From contig NW_003314288.1 of the NCBI RefSeq assembly GCF_000143415.4, positions 1,674,056-1,738,055 on the forward strand: a stretch of 64,000 nucleotides of DNA, in the 5' to 3' direction. Below the pieces are notes generated by a model. That model did no database searches. It was not told where the DNA came from and was given only the letters and a program-made list of their open reading frames with translations. Shown here one piece after another: positions 12,031-25,100 of this stretch. This stretch comes from Selaginella moellendorffii (taxonomy: Eukaryota > Plantae > Lycopodiophyta). The first letter of the stretch is position 1, and the number at the start of each line of letters is the position of its first letter. Both the position numbers and the translations under genes were made by a program.

Positions 12031-13517
12031 TTAAATGGCCATCTTTCGGTTGTCCTGTAATGCAACTAGAAAATTTAAAAACATCGAAAAGACAAACTTG
12101 CATTGTTACCTTGTTTCCTGGAATTTTTTCAAGGGTTATAAGACGTGTTTCCGAATCAAATTTTAGGAGAGCCTTACACCTGTACGAACCTTGTTAACAG
12201 TAGCGAACAACCTCTTCAAAGCACTCACTGTTCACATTTTACATCATTGGTTGAGCCACCACTCGCAACACCTAGTATTGTTCCGAAGTAGGAGTTTGTT
12301 TCACTTCCACAATTTGCACAAGGACCCTGTGATGGAAAACATTATCTCTATAATGAAAATCATAAGTTACAGACCTTCAATATAAGAGCGTCCTTGAAAA
12401 CCAGGTTGGTGATAAATCTTGCAGCAAAAAATGTAGCCGGTAGCACCACAGACCAGGTAAAAATAAAGCCATATGGTTCTGGCAACTATACAAAGAGAGC
12501 GTGATAGATGAGAGGAAGTAAGAGAATTAACAGCATCAACTTCACCTCAAGAAGATATGTTATCTCAAATCCCGTTAAGTCATCTAAAAAGAACACACTA
12601 CACAAAAACAAGTTTGAGCAGAAGAAAGTAATTCAAGCTTACACAAGGAGGGAGATAAGGACTGCTGGTAAGTTCAGGAGTGTCATCTTCAAATAGTCTA
12701 CAGTACAATCGCTATAGACCTGTCAAAGAAAATAGATAAAACATTGCAGCGATGGACCGAATCTTTGCATTACCTTTTTACTTCTTAAACTACACCTTGG
12801 ACCTTCGATTGCCACTTTGCTATTTGATTTCTGCCAGCAATTGCTCTCAGTTCAAAGCTCAAAACTAGACAGACGTACCTTAAGCTTTAGTTTGAGTCGA
12901 TCATACTCTTCATCGGACATGAGACGCTTTCCCGCTGCATATGCTAACGATGCTTCCATAAATCTCTGCTCGTCAGGACCTGAAATAAAAAACTCCTAGA
13001 TTTTTTTCGGCTGCGAACGTTCCAGTATGGATTTACTTACTCAGAATCACCACGTTACTGCCTTCCCAAAGCAGCTCTTCCTTTAGATTGTCGAACTCTT
13101 CGTTGGTCATCATAGGTTCCTTGTCGTAGTAAAACGACTGCAACCAAAAGTGTTACACGCGCATTCATCGCAACTTAAAACCACCTGAAGCGCCTGTAAA
13201 AATTCCTGCTCGAGCTCTCCAACCGATTTCTTATCCTTCTTCTTGTCAATGCTACAGTACGGCAGAATCTTGTTGTCACTCAGCTCCTCTTGATCAACAG
13301 CTGCTAGAAATGACAAGTTAGCGAGGCGTGGTACAAAAATTCTAGATTTACTTTGATTCTCAGACGCGTTCATAACAATTCTCGCATTCCTTGAGCGGGA
13401 TTGGCCATTTCTAAGGTGAGAGTGCGCTACAAACGAGCTTGCCTGCGTCGATCGATGTAGCAATGCGGCCCTTTGGAGAGTGGAAGAAGAAGCTCCAATC
13501 TTGAGACACAGAGCCAT
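12031..13517 (-). CDS. PGRL1: PGR5-like protein 1 (thylakoid cyclic electron flow), multi-exon
   Basis: Spliced translation gives a transit-peptide-like N-terminus, then ILPYCSIDK, ELEQEFLQALQAFYY, EEFDNLKEELLWEGS, EGPRCSLRSKKVYSD, DDLTGFEITYLLELPEP and GPCANCG, all PGRL1 hallmarks. GT-AG introns. Exact exon edges are approximate. Confidence 0.92.
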
Positions 13518-14027
13518 TCCCACGAGCCCTAGAAGTCAAACACACTGGCTACCACAGGAAGCAGCATCAAAATCTTGAGCAACACCATCCAGGCCGTCCG
13601 AAACGTCAACGGCTTGGATAGAAGATCTTTAAGTATTTGCCTTACCAATCGAGCCGTCCAGTGCCCAACGGCAGGGATGAGAAGAAATAGTATATTCTAT
13701 AGCTGGACCAACGCGGATCCAGCGCACACGAGCTTGCGCGAGCGAAGATTATTTCAAAACCCTAGCTCGCTCCGCACGGATGCGACGGCGAAGGCGGCGG
13801 CGCCAGGGGTCGGAGTCACGATCTCGCATTGCTCTCCAATGCGAATGCCGCGGGGTATGTCCAGGGATTGAGCGGTATGTCTCGGTGTCTCGGCAGCATA
13901 AGCTCGATTCGTCGTTGCTAGCCTAGCGTAGCAAGGATTTTCCAGGAGAATCGAGGCAGCAATGCTTCGCTTAGAAATTTAGTCGCATTCGGGGCCGGAC
14001 CACCGAGCAGAGATTTGGACGGAAACA

Positions 14028-17000
14028 ATGTCAGGGCGGCATTTTTCTGAGAAGCTGACGAGCGTAGCTCAGTCTGCTCGCCAGGTGAAGTTCGAGCACG
14101 ACAGCTTCTCGCAACTGGCTGGGTATTTGGAAAAGCTGGTTCCAATTGCCCTCGAGCTACAGCAAGGGAGCAAGCATGACGACTTGGTCCAGGTGCTCGA
14201 AAAGGATCTGGAGTCCGCCACTGATCTCATCAGCCTGTGTAACAACAAGAGCCAGATGTACTTGCTCACGCACTGTAGAAGCGTGGTAAGGCAGCTAGAA
14301 AGTGTCACTCACGACATGGGGAAAAGCCTGGAGCTTGTTCCTGTGGCCTCATTGCCTGGGACGGACGAGACAAAGAAGATGGTCGGGAACCTTTCGCAGG
14401 AGATGCAGCGGATACGGTTCCAGGTGAAGGAGTCCGAGGACCGGATTTGCCGTGCTCTAGAAAGGGAGACGAGCAGCATTCGAAGTGATCTCGCCCTCCA
14501 AAACAGCTTGCTGGTGGACATTGCGCGGACTGTTGGTGTGGAGGACTTTTCGAATAACCCGCACGCACTCAAGAACCACATTGATCTGTTGAAGAAGGAC
14601 ATCCAGGGGCCGGACGACCTTCACATGTCCAACTTGATCGCTGTCATGTTTGATAACGTTGTCAAGAGACATCATGGACGCAGCAGCGGTAACTACCACG
14701 AGTCTCGGCAGCGGCGACGTTACGAGGATCCTTACGAGGCGTTTCTCTGCCCGTTGACTGGGAGAGTGATGTCGGATCCAGTGACGATTGTCGAGACGGG
14801 GAAAACATACGAGCGGAAGGCCATCGAGGCCTTTTTCGCGAACTGCCAAGACAACAAGAAGCCTGCCATCTGCCCTCAGACATCAAAGAAGCTGCAAAGT
14901 CTGGACTTGAAGGCCAGCATCGCGATAAGAAACGCGATTGAGGAATGGCATGCCAGGAATGAGTCAACTCGTATTGAAAATGCTGTTCCAATGCTGGACG
15001 CAGGAAGTCCAGAAGCGGATATGATTGAGGCTATGGAGGACATACAGGAGCTTTGTCGTCGCAATCGGCACATCAAGGCGAAAGTTAGAAATGAAGGACT
15101 GATACCGATTCTCGTGGATCGTCTCAAGAATGGGGAGGAAGTTCGATGCAAGGCACTCCAGACTCTAAGAGTTCTTGCCGAGGATGATGATGATATCAAG
15201 GTAAAGCTCTTCTACACAAGTGAGAATATACTAATATTTTGGAGTGGCGACAGGAAGCGATTGGGCAAACAACTGCTGTCTGGAGTGCTGTCAAATGCTT
15301 GTCTCGCGAGTTATCACGTGAACGAGAAGAAGCCGTGTCATTGCTGCTGGAACTCTCAAAGTCATACACGCTATGCGAGAAAATTGGAGCTTCTAGTGGA
15401 GCAATACTGATACTCGTCGGAATGACAAGCAGCAAGTCCGAAAATGTGCTGTCAGCCCAAAGAGCGGACGACACACTTAACAACCTTGAAATGTGCGATG
15501 CGAACGTACGGCAAATGGCGGAGAATGGACGACTTAAGCCCTTGATTACACGTCTCTTAGAGGGTAAGCTCCCGGTTTGAGAAGTCTTCTCTAATTTTCC
15601 GTTGAATGTCTTCACAGGTCCGGATGAACTGAGAGTACAAATGGCTAGTTATATCGCGGACATAGCACTTAACAGCGAGGGAAAGGAGAGGCTTGCTGAG
15701 TCGGGAAGCAACGTTTTGATAGAGATGCTAGAGAGTAACAAGGCTGGCTATCGAGAGGTATCGTTGAAAGCTTTGCGAGCGCTTTCAACTCTTGACAGCA
15801 ACGGTTGTTTGTTGATTAAAGCCGGCATACTGCCACCGTTGCTGAGGGACCTCTTCATGTCGGGAATAAGTCAGGTTCCAAAGTTGAAAGAGGTCGCCGC
15901 CACGGTACTGGCCAACGTAGTAAACTCATGCACAGATTGGGAGGATGTGGCAGTAGACAACGAGGGCAACACGTTAACATCAGAGCAGTACGTTCACAAC
16001 TTGCTACTTCTCATCAGCAACACGGGTCCAGCAATAGGAGCAAAGCTTCTTCAAGTTCTTCTCGGGTTGGCCTCTTCGCCCCGCGGTGTCTCGGACGTCG
16101 TCTCCCACATCAAGAGTGCCGGTGCTCTGGTAACTCTCATCCAGTTCCTGGAAGCGCAGCAGAAAGAGCTACTCGTTACGTCGGTCAGGCTGCTGTACTG
16201 CCTCTCTCCATACATGGGACAGGATCTAGCGGACGGTTTACGAATAACAACTCGGCAGCTGGGGACGCTCGTCAAGTTACTGGGACAGAGCGGAGTGAAC
16301 GTGGAAATGGCAGCGGCCGCGGGGCTTTTAGCAAACCTCCCAGTCACGGACTACAATCTTACTCGGGCACTCATGGAGGAAGGAGTCGTCTCCATTCTCC
16401 TCAGCCGGATCAACGATCTCAAGCGCGGGGTGGTGAGAATCGGAGCCGGGAAGTACGTGGGACCGTTCCAGTCGGGTCTCGTCACCATTCTGGCGAGGTT
16501 CACGTACGACTTGGACGACCCCGACATGCTCAACATTGCCACGGACAACAACCTGTGCGCGCTGTTCACGTCCTTGCTCCAGACGGTCTCCCTGGACGAA
16601 GTCCAGCGCTGGTCGGCCATAGCTCTCGAGAACATGTCCATGAAGTCGAAGCACTTCTCGGAGGTTCCGGAGCCTCCGGCTCAAGCAGGCGGGTGGTGGA
16701 CCTGCTTCAAGAAGCCTAGCAGGCAACCGGCGGCGGGGCTCTGTCCAGTCCACTCGGGCCGGTGCTCCGCCAAAAGCACGTTTTGCTTGGTCGAGGCCGG
16801 GGCCGTGGATCCTCTGGTGGCGTGCCTGGAGCACAGGGACACGGACATCGTGGAGGCGACGCTCCAGGCGCTGTCGACGCTCATCCAGGAGCCTTGCGAC
16901 GTCGAGCGAGGCGTCCAGGTGCTGAGCAATGCGGGGGCCATCCCGCCGGTGATGGCCATCCTCCAGGAGCACCGGACCGAGGGGCTGAGGGAGCGATCGG

Positions 17001-17197
17001 TGTGGATCCTGGAGAGAGTTCTCCGCAGCGCGGAGGCGGCGCAGACCATCGCTGGGAGCGGCGACGTGCACAGCTCGCTGGTGGACGCGTTCCGCCATGG
17101 CAACTACAGGTCGAGGCAGCTGGCGGAGAAGTCTCTCAAGCACCTCAACAGGATTCCAAACTTCTCGGGGGTGTTCCAACCGGTTGGGAGGCGATGA
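14028..17197 (+). CDS. U-box/ARM-repeat E3 ubiquitin ligase, PUB43/PUB44 (SAUL1)-like
   Basis: U-box (AFLCPLTGRVMSDPVTIVETGKTYERKAIEAFF...CPQT), ARM repeats and the CPVHSGRCS..TFCLVEAGAV motif. Introns 15201-15253 and 15564-15617 join three ORFs. Confidence 0.92.
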
Positions 17198-19209
17198 TCG
17201 ACGTTGATGTGTACCATAGCGTTGGATGGCATGGGAGAAGAATTTTTAAAGAAAAAAAGAGCCATACTGTGAGTAAACTTTGAATTTTGTTTTCATTTTT
17301 TCTTTCTTTTTACATTGGATTTTTCTTTCGAAGTATAAAGGGTCTGCTTGTAAAAGAGAATTGATCTTCTTGGTGGCAGAAAATAGAAACTACAGTGACG
17401 AATCTAGATTCTAGAAACAGTCTCATTTGTAGTTGTTAAATTGGAATTCAAATAAAATCCATAGTTCCAAATTTGCCAACATTTTTGGATTGGCAGCTCG
17501 AGCAAAGTCGTGCCGAGCAAGAGAAAATCTAGATCAAGTCGAGACAAACACAATCAAATCGCTTTGGACACTTGCCACTTGGTCTCCCGCAAATGGCTTC
17601 CTGCGAAGAGAGGACGAAGCAACACAAAAAAAAAAAAAAAAAAAAGAAAGAAAGAAAAAAAGAGAAAGAGAAAGAAAGAGAAAGGCCTGAAACTTTGCTC
17701 TTTGCGTTCTAAAGTCGCTTGTCTCTGGGTGCTGTGGAATATTTGCCAAAGCCGTCTTTGAAAATGCCAAAGATGGGGGCTTATTCACAAGCCCACCACC
17801 CCAAGTGCCAAATCAAACCCTCCCAAAAACCTCAAATTTTTTTTCTGGGGACACACAACAAAGTCCCACCTTGTCACTGTTTGATCTTTAGGCTATTGTT
17901 TGTACGTTGAGTCGCGTGGTTTCTTTCGAGTAAATTACCCCCTAATGGCGCATATATGCTTTGACATGAAGCAAGGCACTGGTGGAATCTTCATGGCATT
18001 TTTCCTTTCCCTCCCACAAAATGATTGATTTCACCAAGGAAGAAGATTCCCTCCCCACTGAAAAGCATATCCGCGCCACGTCAATGTGGCAAAAAACCAC
18101 GTCCACGTCATCATCCGGTAGTTTTCTCAAAAAAAGCTTTCAAACACATCGCAGTCGCGGACCTGTTGTTGCGCGAGGAATGTTTCCAGTGACGGAATTT
18201 TCGTCTTCCTTGCATAGTTTTTTCCATGACCAGCTATTGCCTAGCAACGAGACACGCGTGTCCTTGTTGGATCGATATCGATCATCGCTCTTTGTATCAA
18301 TCGATCGATTGATCCAATCGACCGGAAATTCCTTGTTCTCCAGTCTCGAGAGGGGATTCTCCTCTCGACTCGATTAAATTTGTTCTTCTCGCTGGTTGCG
18401 CTCGACACCGCCGTCGATTCCCAGGGTGGCGCTTGTCGTAACCACCGTTGATTTGCGGCGCTGGTTTCATGATCCATACGGAGATCGTCTTATCATCGAC
18501 GTAGCCGCTGCCACAAGAAATGATCCAAGTACACTGCCACCGACGGAATATTCGCGCGCCGCTTGCGGCATGGCGTTTTAGGTTAAAAAAGAATTTTCTT
18601 TGGTCGCGCTTTGCTCTCCAAGAAAATGCGGGGCAAGATTTGACGACGCCGGATCGATCGACCAGCTGGGGATCGCCAAGACTCGGCCGGGGAAGGGATA
18701 AAGATTTGGATCGATGGATTGAGCATCGATCGATCGATATTCTCGCTTTGGAACGATTTCCATTCTCTCATCTCTCGCTCCCTCTCGCTCCCCAGGTTGC
18801 TTTTCTACGCATTTGCTCCCAGATTCCTTGGACTTGATCGGCAGATTCCTTGCTTGTGTCGAGAGATCGCGCCAGGGCTTTTGCTCCCTCCTTTCTTCTT
18901 TCTCTCTGGAGAGGGAGCTTCTTTTCTTGCCTTGGAGCTCTGAAAAAGAGGAAATGGGGTTTTTCCTTCGCGATGCCGCCAGCAGCGGCATCTACACATT
19001 TTTGTGAGGATAAACATCGCTTCTACACGCAATAGGCGGCATCTCTCATCTCTCCAGCGAGCATTCCTCTCCTTTTCTCTTTTCTGGCAGTCACATCTCT
19101 ATATGTATTGGCTCCCTCCTCGACGCCAAGGACACTGCCACCAGCGATCGTCTTCTCCTCCTCGGCAAGCGATCCATTCCAGATCTCTCGCTGATTGCCC
19201 GCTGCACAA

Positions 19210-20851
19210 ATGGAAATGCCCATCAGGCTCCTCGCCCCGGCCGAGCCCGATCTGTCGCTGCGCATCAGCACGCCTCCAGCGATCCGGGGAGGAGGATCGC
19301 ACCACGACGGCACGTCGGCGTTTGAGATCTGGAAGAAATCCGGGGCCAGCAGCAGCAGCAGCGACTGCTCCAGCAGCAACTATTCCCCGCGAGGCGAGCA
19401 CCACCACCCCGAGGCCGTGGAGGCGTCCACGGAATTGAGCCTGGGGAGGAGCTTCTTCTATCGCGCGCACAGCGGCGAGATCGACCACCACCACCACCAC
19501 CATGCCTCAATGCATGCGGCCAGGAGCGACCGCAATTCCTCCATCGATGGGCTCTTCCGGATTGGAATGAGATCATCCAGCCCGGATGGCGATCACTATC
19601 CCCGCCAAGGCATCGACTTCCTCTCCCGCGCGCCGGCGTATGGCCTCCGGTTTGCTCCAGTCACGGAGATCACCCAGGAGCATCACGATCCAGCTCCGGC
19701 GGTGGGGAATTCGAATTCCCACAGTGGTCATTGCCAGGAGCAGCAGAAGAAGATCGAGAAGATGGGCGGGAGTGAGAATTCGCAGCGGGAGTCGATCGTC
19801 GTCAGTGCTCCATCGCAGCAGCGCTCGCGGATCATCTCCAAATTGCCCGTGAAGCGCAGTGCACGTGCACAGAGGATGCGTTGGACCAGCAATCTCCATG
19901 CCCACTTCGTGAAGGCGGTTGAAAGGCTTGGAGGCCACGAAAGTACGTCTCCTCTCCACGCCCCTCTCATGCTTTGTACCGCCCACCCCTCCTCTCGCGT
20001 TCCTTTCCTCTCTACACTGTGTGTGTCATGGACGAATTTCTTCCTTGCTTCTCGAGTGTTATATAGTAGCCGCGGTACCTCGCATGTATTACCTCCATAG
20101 CTGGTCCTCTCTCGCTCTCTCTCCGGTCACGTCATTCATTCTTCCTTCGTTTCGTTACTTATGGTTCTTTCCTTTGCGCAGGAGCTACGCCCAAGACGGT
20201 CCTGGAATTGATGAACGTCAAGGAGCTCACGCTGGCTCACGTAAAAAGCCATCTCCAGGTACTTTGCAAATTCATAGTCTCGGAAGGATGGCAGGACAGT
20301 GGAGTTTTTTCCTCTGGTGTTTTGTTTTCTTCTTCTTCTTATTCTTCCTCTTGAATTTTGGCTGAGAGATCTTCTTTGGTTGAATTTTGAATGGCAGATG
20401 TATAGGACGGTGAAGACAACGGACAAGGCTACGTTGACAGGTGAGCTGCAAGGAATTGTGCATTATTTTCTCTCGGGATTTATGTATGCTCATGGAAGTC
20501 CGCCCGCCCTCTCTCTTGCAGAGAAAAACATGGAGGAGATGGCAGAGGAGGCGCAGTCTCCAAATTCCAGCTCCAGCGGACGCGACGACTGGAGCAACAC
20601 GAGGTAATGATGGCTGCATTCTATATAGTTTAGGTTTGATTCATTCCTTGCAAGGCAGATGCAACACTAATGTCAGGCTAGTAGGACAGCTCGAGGTAAA
20701 ATCGACTTCACTTGTAATGCCATGTAGAGCTTTTCTTCTTACAACTCCAGTGCAGGCAGGCGAGCTTGGCAAGCACGATGAACTTAGCAGTCTTGGCAAT
20801 CTCGTCCCCAAAAGAGCTACTGTTGCTGCAGTGCAATGGCTAGGAAGCTAA
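19210..20851 (+). CDS. KAN: KANADI-type GARP/MYB-like transcription factor
   Basis: N-terminal PDLSLRISTP motif. GARP domain [59 protein letters not shown] spans exons 19210-19942, 20182-20258 and 20398-20440. The 3' exons and stop are uncertain. Confidence 0.88.
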
Positions 20852-21191
20852 GCACCAAGATTATTTTTTCTCCCTACTTTTTTCTCTGTTGTACGTTCGT
20901 TCTCTCGTTCCGGGAGACGGTGCTTAGCTTTTACCTTCATTTGGAGCTGGGGGTCGTCAGATCAGTCAGCTCAGTGAAGGTCCAAGCTAAACACTCGCAG
21001 AAAGTCTACCATGTGTTAACTAATAAACCTACTTTAGCTTTTTAACGTATTTAAAATGATGGTTCAATAAAGAATTACTAATAAATATAAGAATTATAAT
21101 CTTCAAATATCTTGTAGAAAATCTACAATATCAGCTTTCAAGCCAGCTTGGCTTAAATAAATAATTTGCTATGTGTTGCATGTAGCAATAT

Positions 21192-21454
21192 TTGGTTTGC
21201 TTAATAATAGTGTTATTCCTAGTTATTAATTCAATTGATAAAAAAAATTATAATTAAAAACATGTTTATAATTTATAAACACAAGATTAATCTTATTGCA
21301 TATCGACCATTAGATGGTAGAATAAAAAATAATATACTAGAAAGTATTTAAGTAAATTTATAAATTATAAACACAAGATTAATCTATATGAATAACAACC
21401 ATTAGATAGTAGAATATCCTAGAATATCTAAACATATTCTAGGTAAGAAACTAA
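21192..21454. mobile_element. AT-rich MITE-like element, copy 1
   Basis: Similar to 47932-48191. Starts TTGGTTTGCTT, has a degenerate inverted end and an internal duplication TTTATAA.TTATAAACACAAGATTAATCT. Confidence 0.55.
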
Positions 21455-22199
21455 AAATACACATTATCACGATTGACTAGTGAGTCTAATTTTGTTAAAT
21501 TTTAGGCAGTTATATAATAATATTAATTTCATATAACACTCTTACAAATACTATAATTACTCTATAATTAAATGGTCCTAGAGTTTTTTAGATGATTAGC
21601 CATTTTCTAATTTTCCATCATATTTTTAAAAACTATGAAGTTAATTTTTCTAACACCAATTCAACTCCTAGAAAATAGATGTGTAAGACTTTGATAATCT
21701 TTATAACTATGTAAATGAGTTTCAAACTCTTATTTTAAAGAGAGCATATAAATTGAAATATACTATATTATTAATTACATATTAAACTCATAAATATCAC
21801 AAAACTATGAAATTCCTAGAATATTTACTTCAAATAATAAGTAAAAATTATAAATAAATAAAATCAAAAGCTAATATATAAGTATTACAATATAAAATAA
21901 ATTTTTTTTAGTTGTGAAATTAAACTTATGTGTAACCTTCCATTTAATTATAATTTATAACAATTATTAGTAATATAATTTTTATACAGTGCACAATCAC
22001 TACTTCAATAAAAATCAGATTAAAACTCTTCATTATAAGATAATATAAATTATTATACAGTATTTCAAAATCCAATATTTTTATTTTCAGATTTATAAAG
22101 AAAAATATTTTATAAAAATTTAATAAATCATAGTTTTATAAGAAAAAATATTTTAATGGTATAATAGAAAAATATCTAAAAGACTTTACATTACTAAAA

Positions 22200-25100
22200 G
22201 ATAAATACTTATTTTGTTGTATTATATCAAACATAAAATATGTACATCTTGGTGTTGCTTGATACTTAAATATATAAAGTTCTATCTTGCAAAAATTTCT
22301 TCACTAAATGCCACACATTTGCCAGATTATCTTCTGATTCCCATATTGCTTCGCAAAATGGAACTCTTTTCCATTTTATATGAAATTCCTTCACCTTGCA
22401 TCTTTGTCGCTTCCTCTTGCACACATTAAGGATAGCATCAATTTTGTATTCTTCCTCCTTTTAGATAACCTCGGGTAAAAGTCTTACTTAGTTTTTGTGA
22501 AGTAAGTCCTTAAAGTACGACTTGAGTAAGTTCGTGTGGAGATTAAGACTCAAATTGATAAAATGGCTTATTGCTTTTGACTTCCTTGGGAGATGGGGAA
22601 AATGCACTTTGTATTCATAAAGCCCCATGAACTTATTTAAGAAACTTAAAATTAGTTCATTTCTAGGAATATATACATTTTACTTTTGGGTCAATATCCA
22701 GCTGATCCTATTTAGTAACTTAGGTTTTTAAGTTGGAATTCTATGTCTCAACATTTTTGGTTTATGTATTTGGTTTGCCTTTGTTGAGCCCGTTCCAAGG
22801 AATCCTTTACTAGATTCCAAATGTTAAATCTTTCTGCCATGAACGCCTCCACTGCAAGTAACTGTTAGGAATCCCCCAATTCATACCACATTCTTGAATC
22901 TCACTGGATTCCTGACCTGCAAACCACATTCCTGATTCTCAAGACTTTTCCCTATTCCTGACTCTCTGATTTCCTATATGATTCCTGAGTCTTGAGCCAC
23001 ATTCCTGATGATGATGTGGCGCCTCCTCGACCTCAGCTATATTTAGGCCATCCTTGATCCAAGAGTGGTGGAGCTTCATCAACCTATAGTATATATAGGT
23101 TAGCCTTGTTCCATTTCTCCACAATCTGAATCAACACTAGTTTAAGGCCTCTTCTTTGTTTCCATTAGCTTTTCTCTTTGTCTTTTGCATTTTCCAGTCT
23201 TGATCTTGTTGGGGGTCTTGACAGTTTGATTCAAATTATGTTTTTTCATTTTTTTTCCTTTAGCTTGTTTTGATTGTTTGATTGCCTTTGTCTTTTTCCC
23301 CCCTTTTCTTTCTTTCTGCCGATGGAGTCTCCAAGCCATCCTGATTTCTTTGCCGAAGTCCTTGCAAAAATCCAGTCTAAGAATACCGAGCTGAAGGCGA
23401 CCCTTCTTCGCATGTAGCAAGAGCTTGCTTCACTTTCGGCTCAAGGATCCAGCAAAGTTCCTGAACCGAAGGTGAGTTTCCCGGCGAAATTTTCAGGCAA
23501 GCGTTCGGAGCTTTGCGGATTCCTAAACCAGATGGAGCTGATCTTTGCACTTCAACATCAGCGGTACCCCACTCCCGAGTCTCAAATCGGCGTGATTGGG
23601 ATGTTGCTCGAAAGTGCAGCTTTGTCATGGTTCTCTCCTCTTTTGGAGAAGAGTATGAAAGGGGTCGTGGTTCCGGAGCTGATGGATCTTCAATTGTTCA
23701 AAGAGAAGCTCGAAGCATGTTTTGGCGAGACGAATCGGGTTCGGGCTGCTACCACAAAGATGAGACGTCTCTTTTAGGGGTCTCGTCCTGCCTCAATCTA
23801 TGCTACAGAGTTCCAACTCCTTGCCTTGGACACTCAGTGGGATGAGCGGGCCCTAATTGACCAATTTTGTTTCGGCCTCAACAACGGTGTCAAGGATTTG
23901 TTTCTCACCATGGAGGATCCCAAGGACCTGTCGGACGCCATCAACAAAGCTATTTGATGTAACAATCGTCTCTTTGAGCGTCGTCAGGAAAGTCGCCGTG
24001 CCGCTGTTTTTCCGTCCCAGACTCAGGAATCCCAGCTTGAGTCTTCGGGGCATACTCTTGAACCTACTGCTCTGGTCCTGATGGATATTTCTGGTACTCC
24101 CCGACTCATCAAAGGGAAGTTGAGTCCTGCTAAGAAGCAACGACGAATATCTTATAATCTTTGCCTCTACTGTGCTGATCCTAATCACAAAGAAGCTATG
24201 TGTCCCAAGAAGCCTCCCCGACTGCTCGAGTTCACTCTGCCTCAAAATCTACCTTTGTTGTAGTCGAGAAACGACCTTGTCCAAACAAAGTAGGAGCTAT
24301 TTGTTTGGACTCCCCGAATAAAAACACTTTTCTTCTTTATCAAGCTCCTCACCACCTTTCATCAAAGCCACCACCAATTCCCGCAACTTCTGCGTCCCAT
24401 GTCTCCTTTCTTTCACTGGACAATTAGGACTCAAGGCTCTGGCGCTACTGGACTCGAGTGCAACTTCTTGCTTCATGGACACGAACTTTGCTGCCCAACA
24501 TCACGTTCTTCTTTCTTCTACCATACGGGATCTGAGGGTTGAAGGCATCGGCGGGCATTTTGTGTCTCCATCTTCTGGACTTAGGGAAACGTTGCCCGTT
24601 CGAGTACACATCAGGTCCACCATCACCGATATTGCCTTCAACATCATCAACAACAAGTCCTCCTCTGTGGTGCTTGGTCTTCCTTGGTTCCAATTACATC
24701 AGCCTCAGATCTGTTGGAAGGAATTACAGCTCATCTCTCCCACATCACCATCTCCCATGGCTTCCCCTGTTGTTCATCGAGTCTGAATTAAAAAAAGTTC
24801 CCTAAACTCAAATCAGGGTTCTATTCTCGACTCTACAAAGTTTTCACCCTCTTCTTTTTCCCCTCTTCCATCTTACACTGGACAGTATCCTCGTCTCATC
24901 ATTCCATTTAGTCGTACACCTCCTCCTATCTCCACAATCATTATGAAAGAACTCCTTCATGAAGAACTTATTTTCCTTTTTGCTTTGCATGTTTCTTTTG
25001 TCAATCTTCCTGAGAAGTATCATGATTTTGGGGATGTGTTTGAGAAGAAAAAAGCTAGTGTACTGCTTGTTCATCGGCCTTATGACTGTCCCATTGATTT

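Noticed and set aside
15928-17283. Overlapping alternative-frame and antisense ORFs in the U-box gene (likewise in the glucanase and KANADI genes)
   Set aside because: Expected shadows of GC-rich coding sequence, with no recognisable domains.
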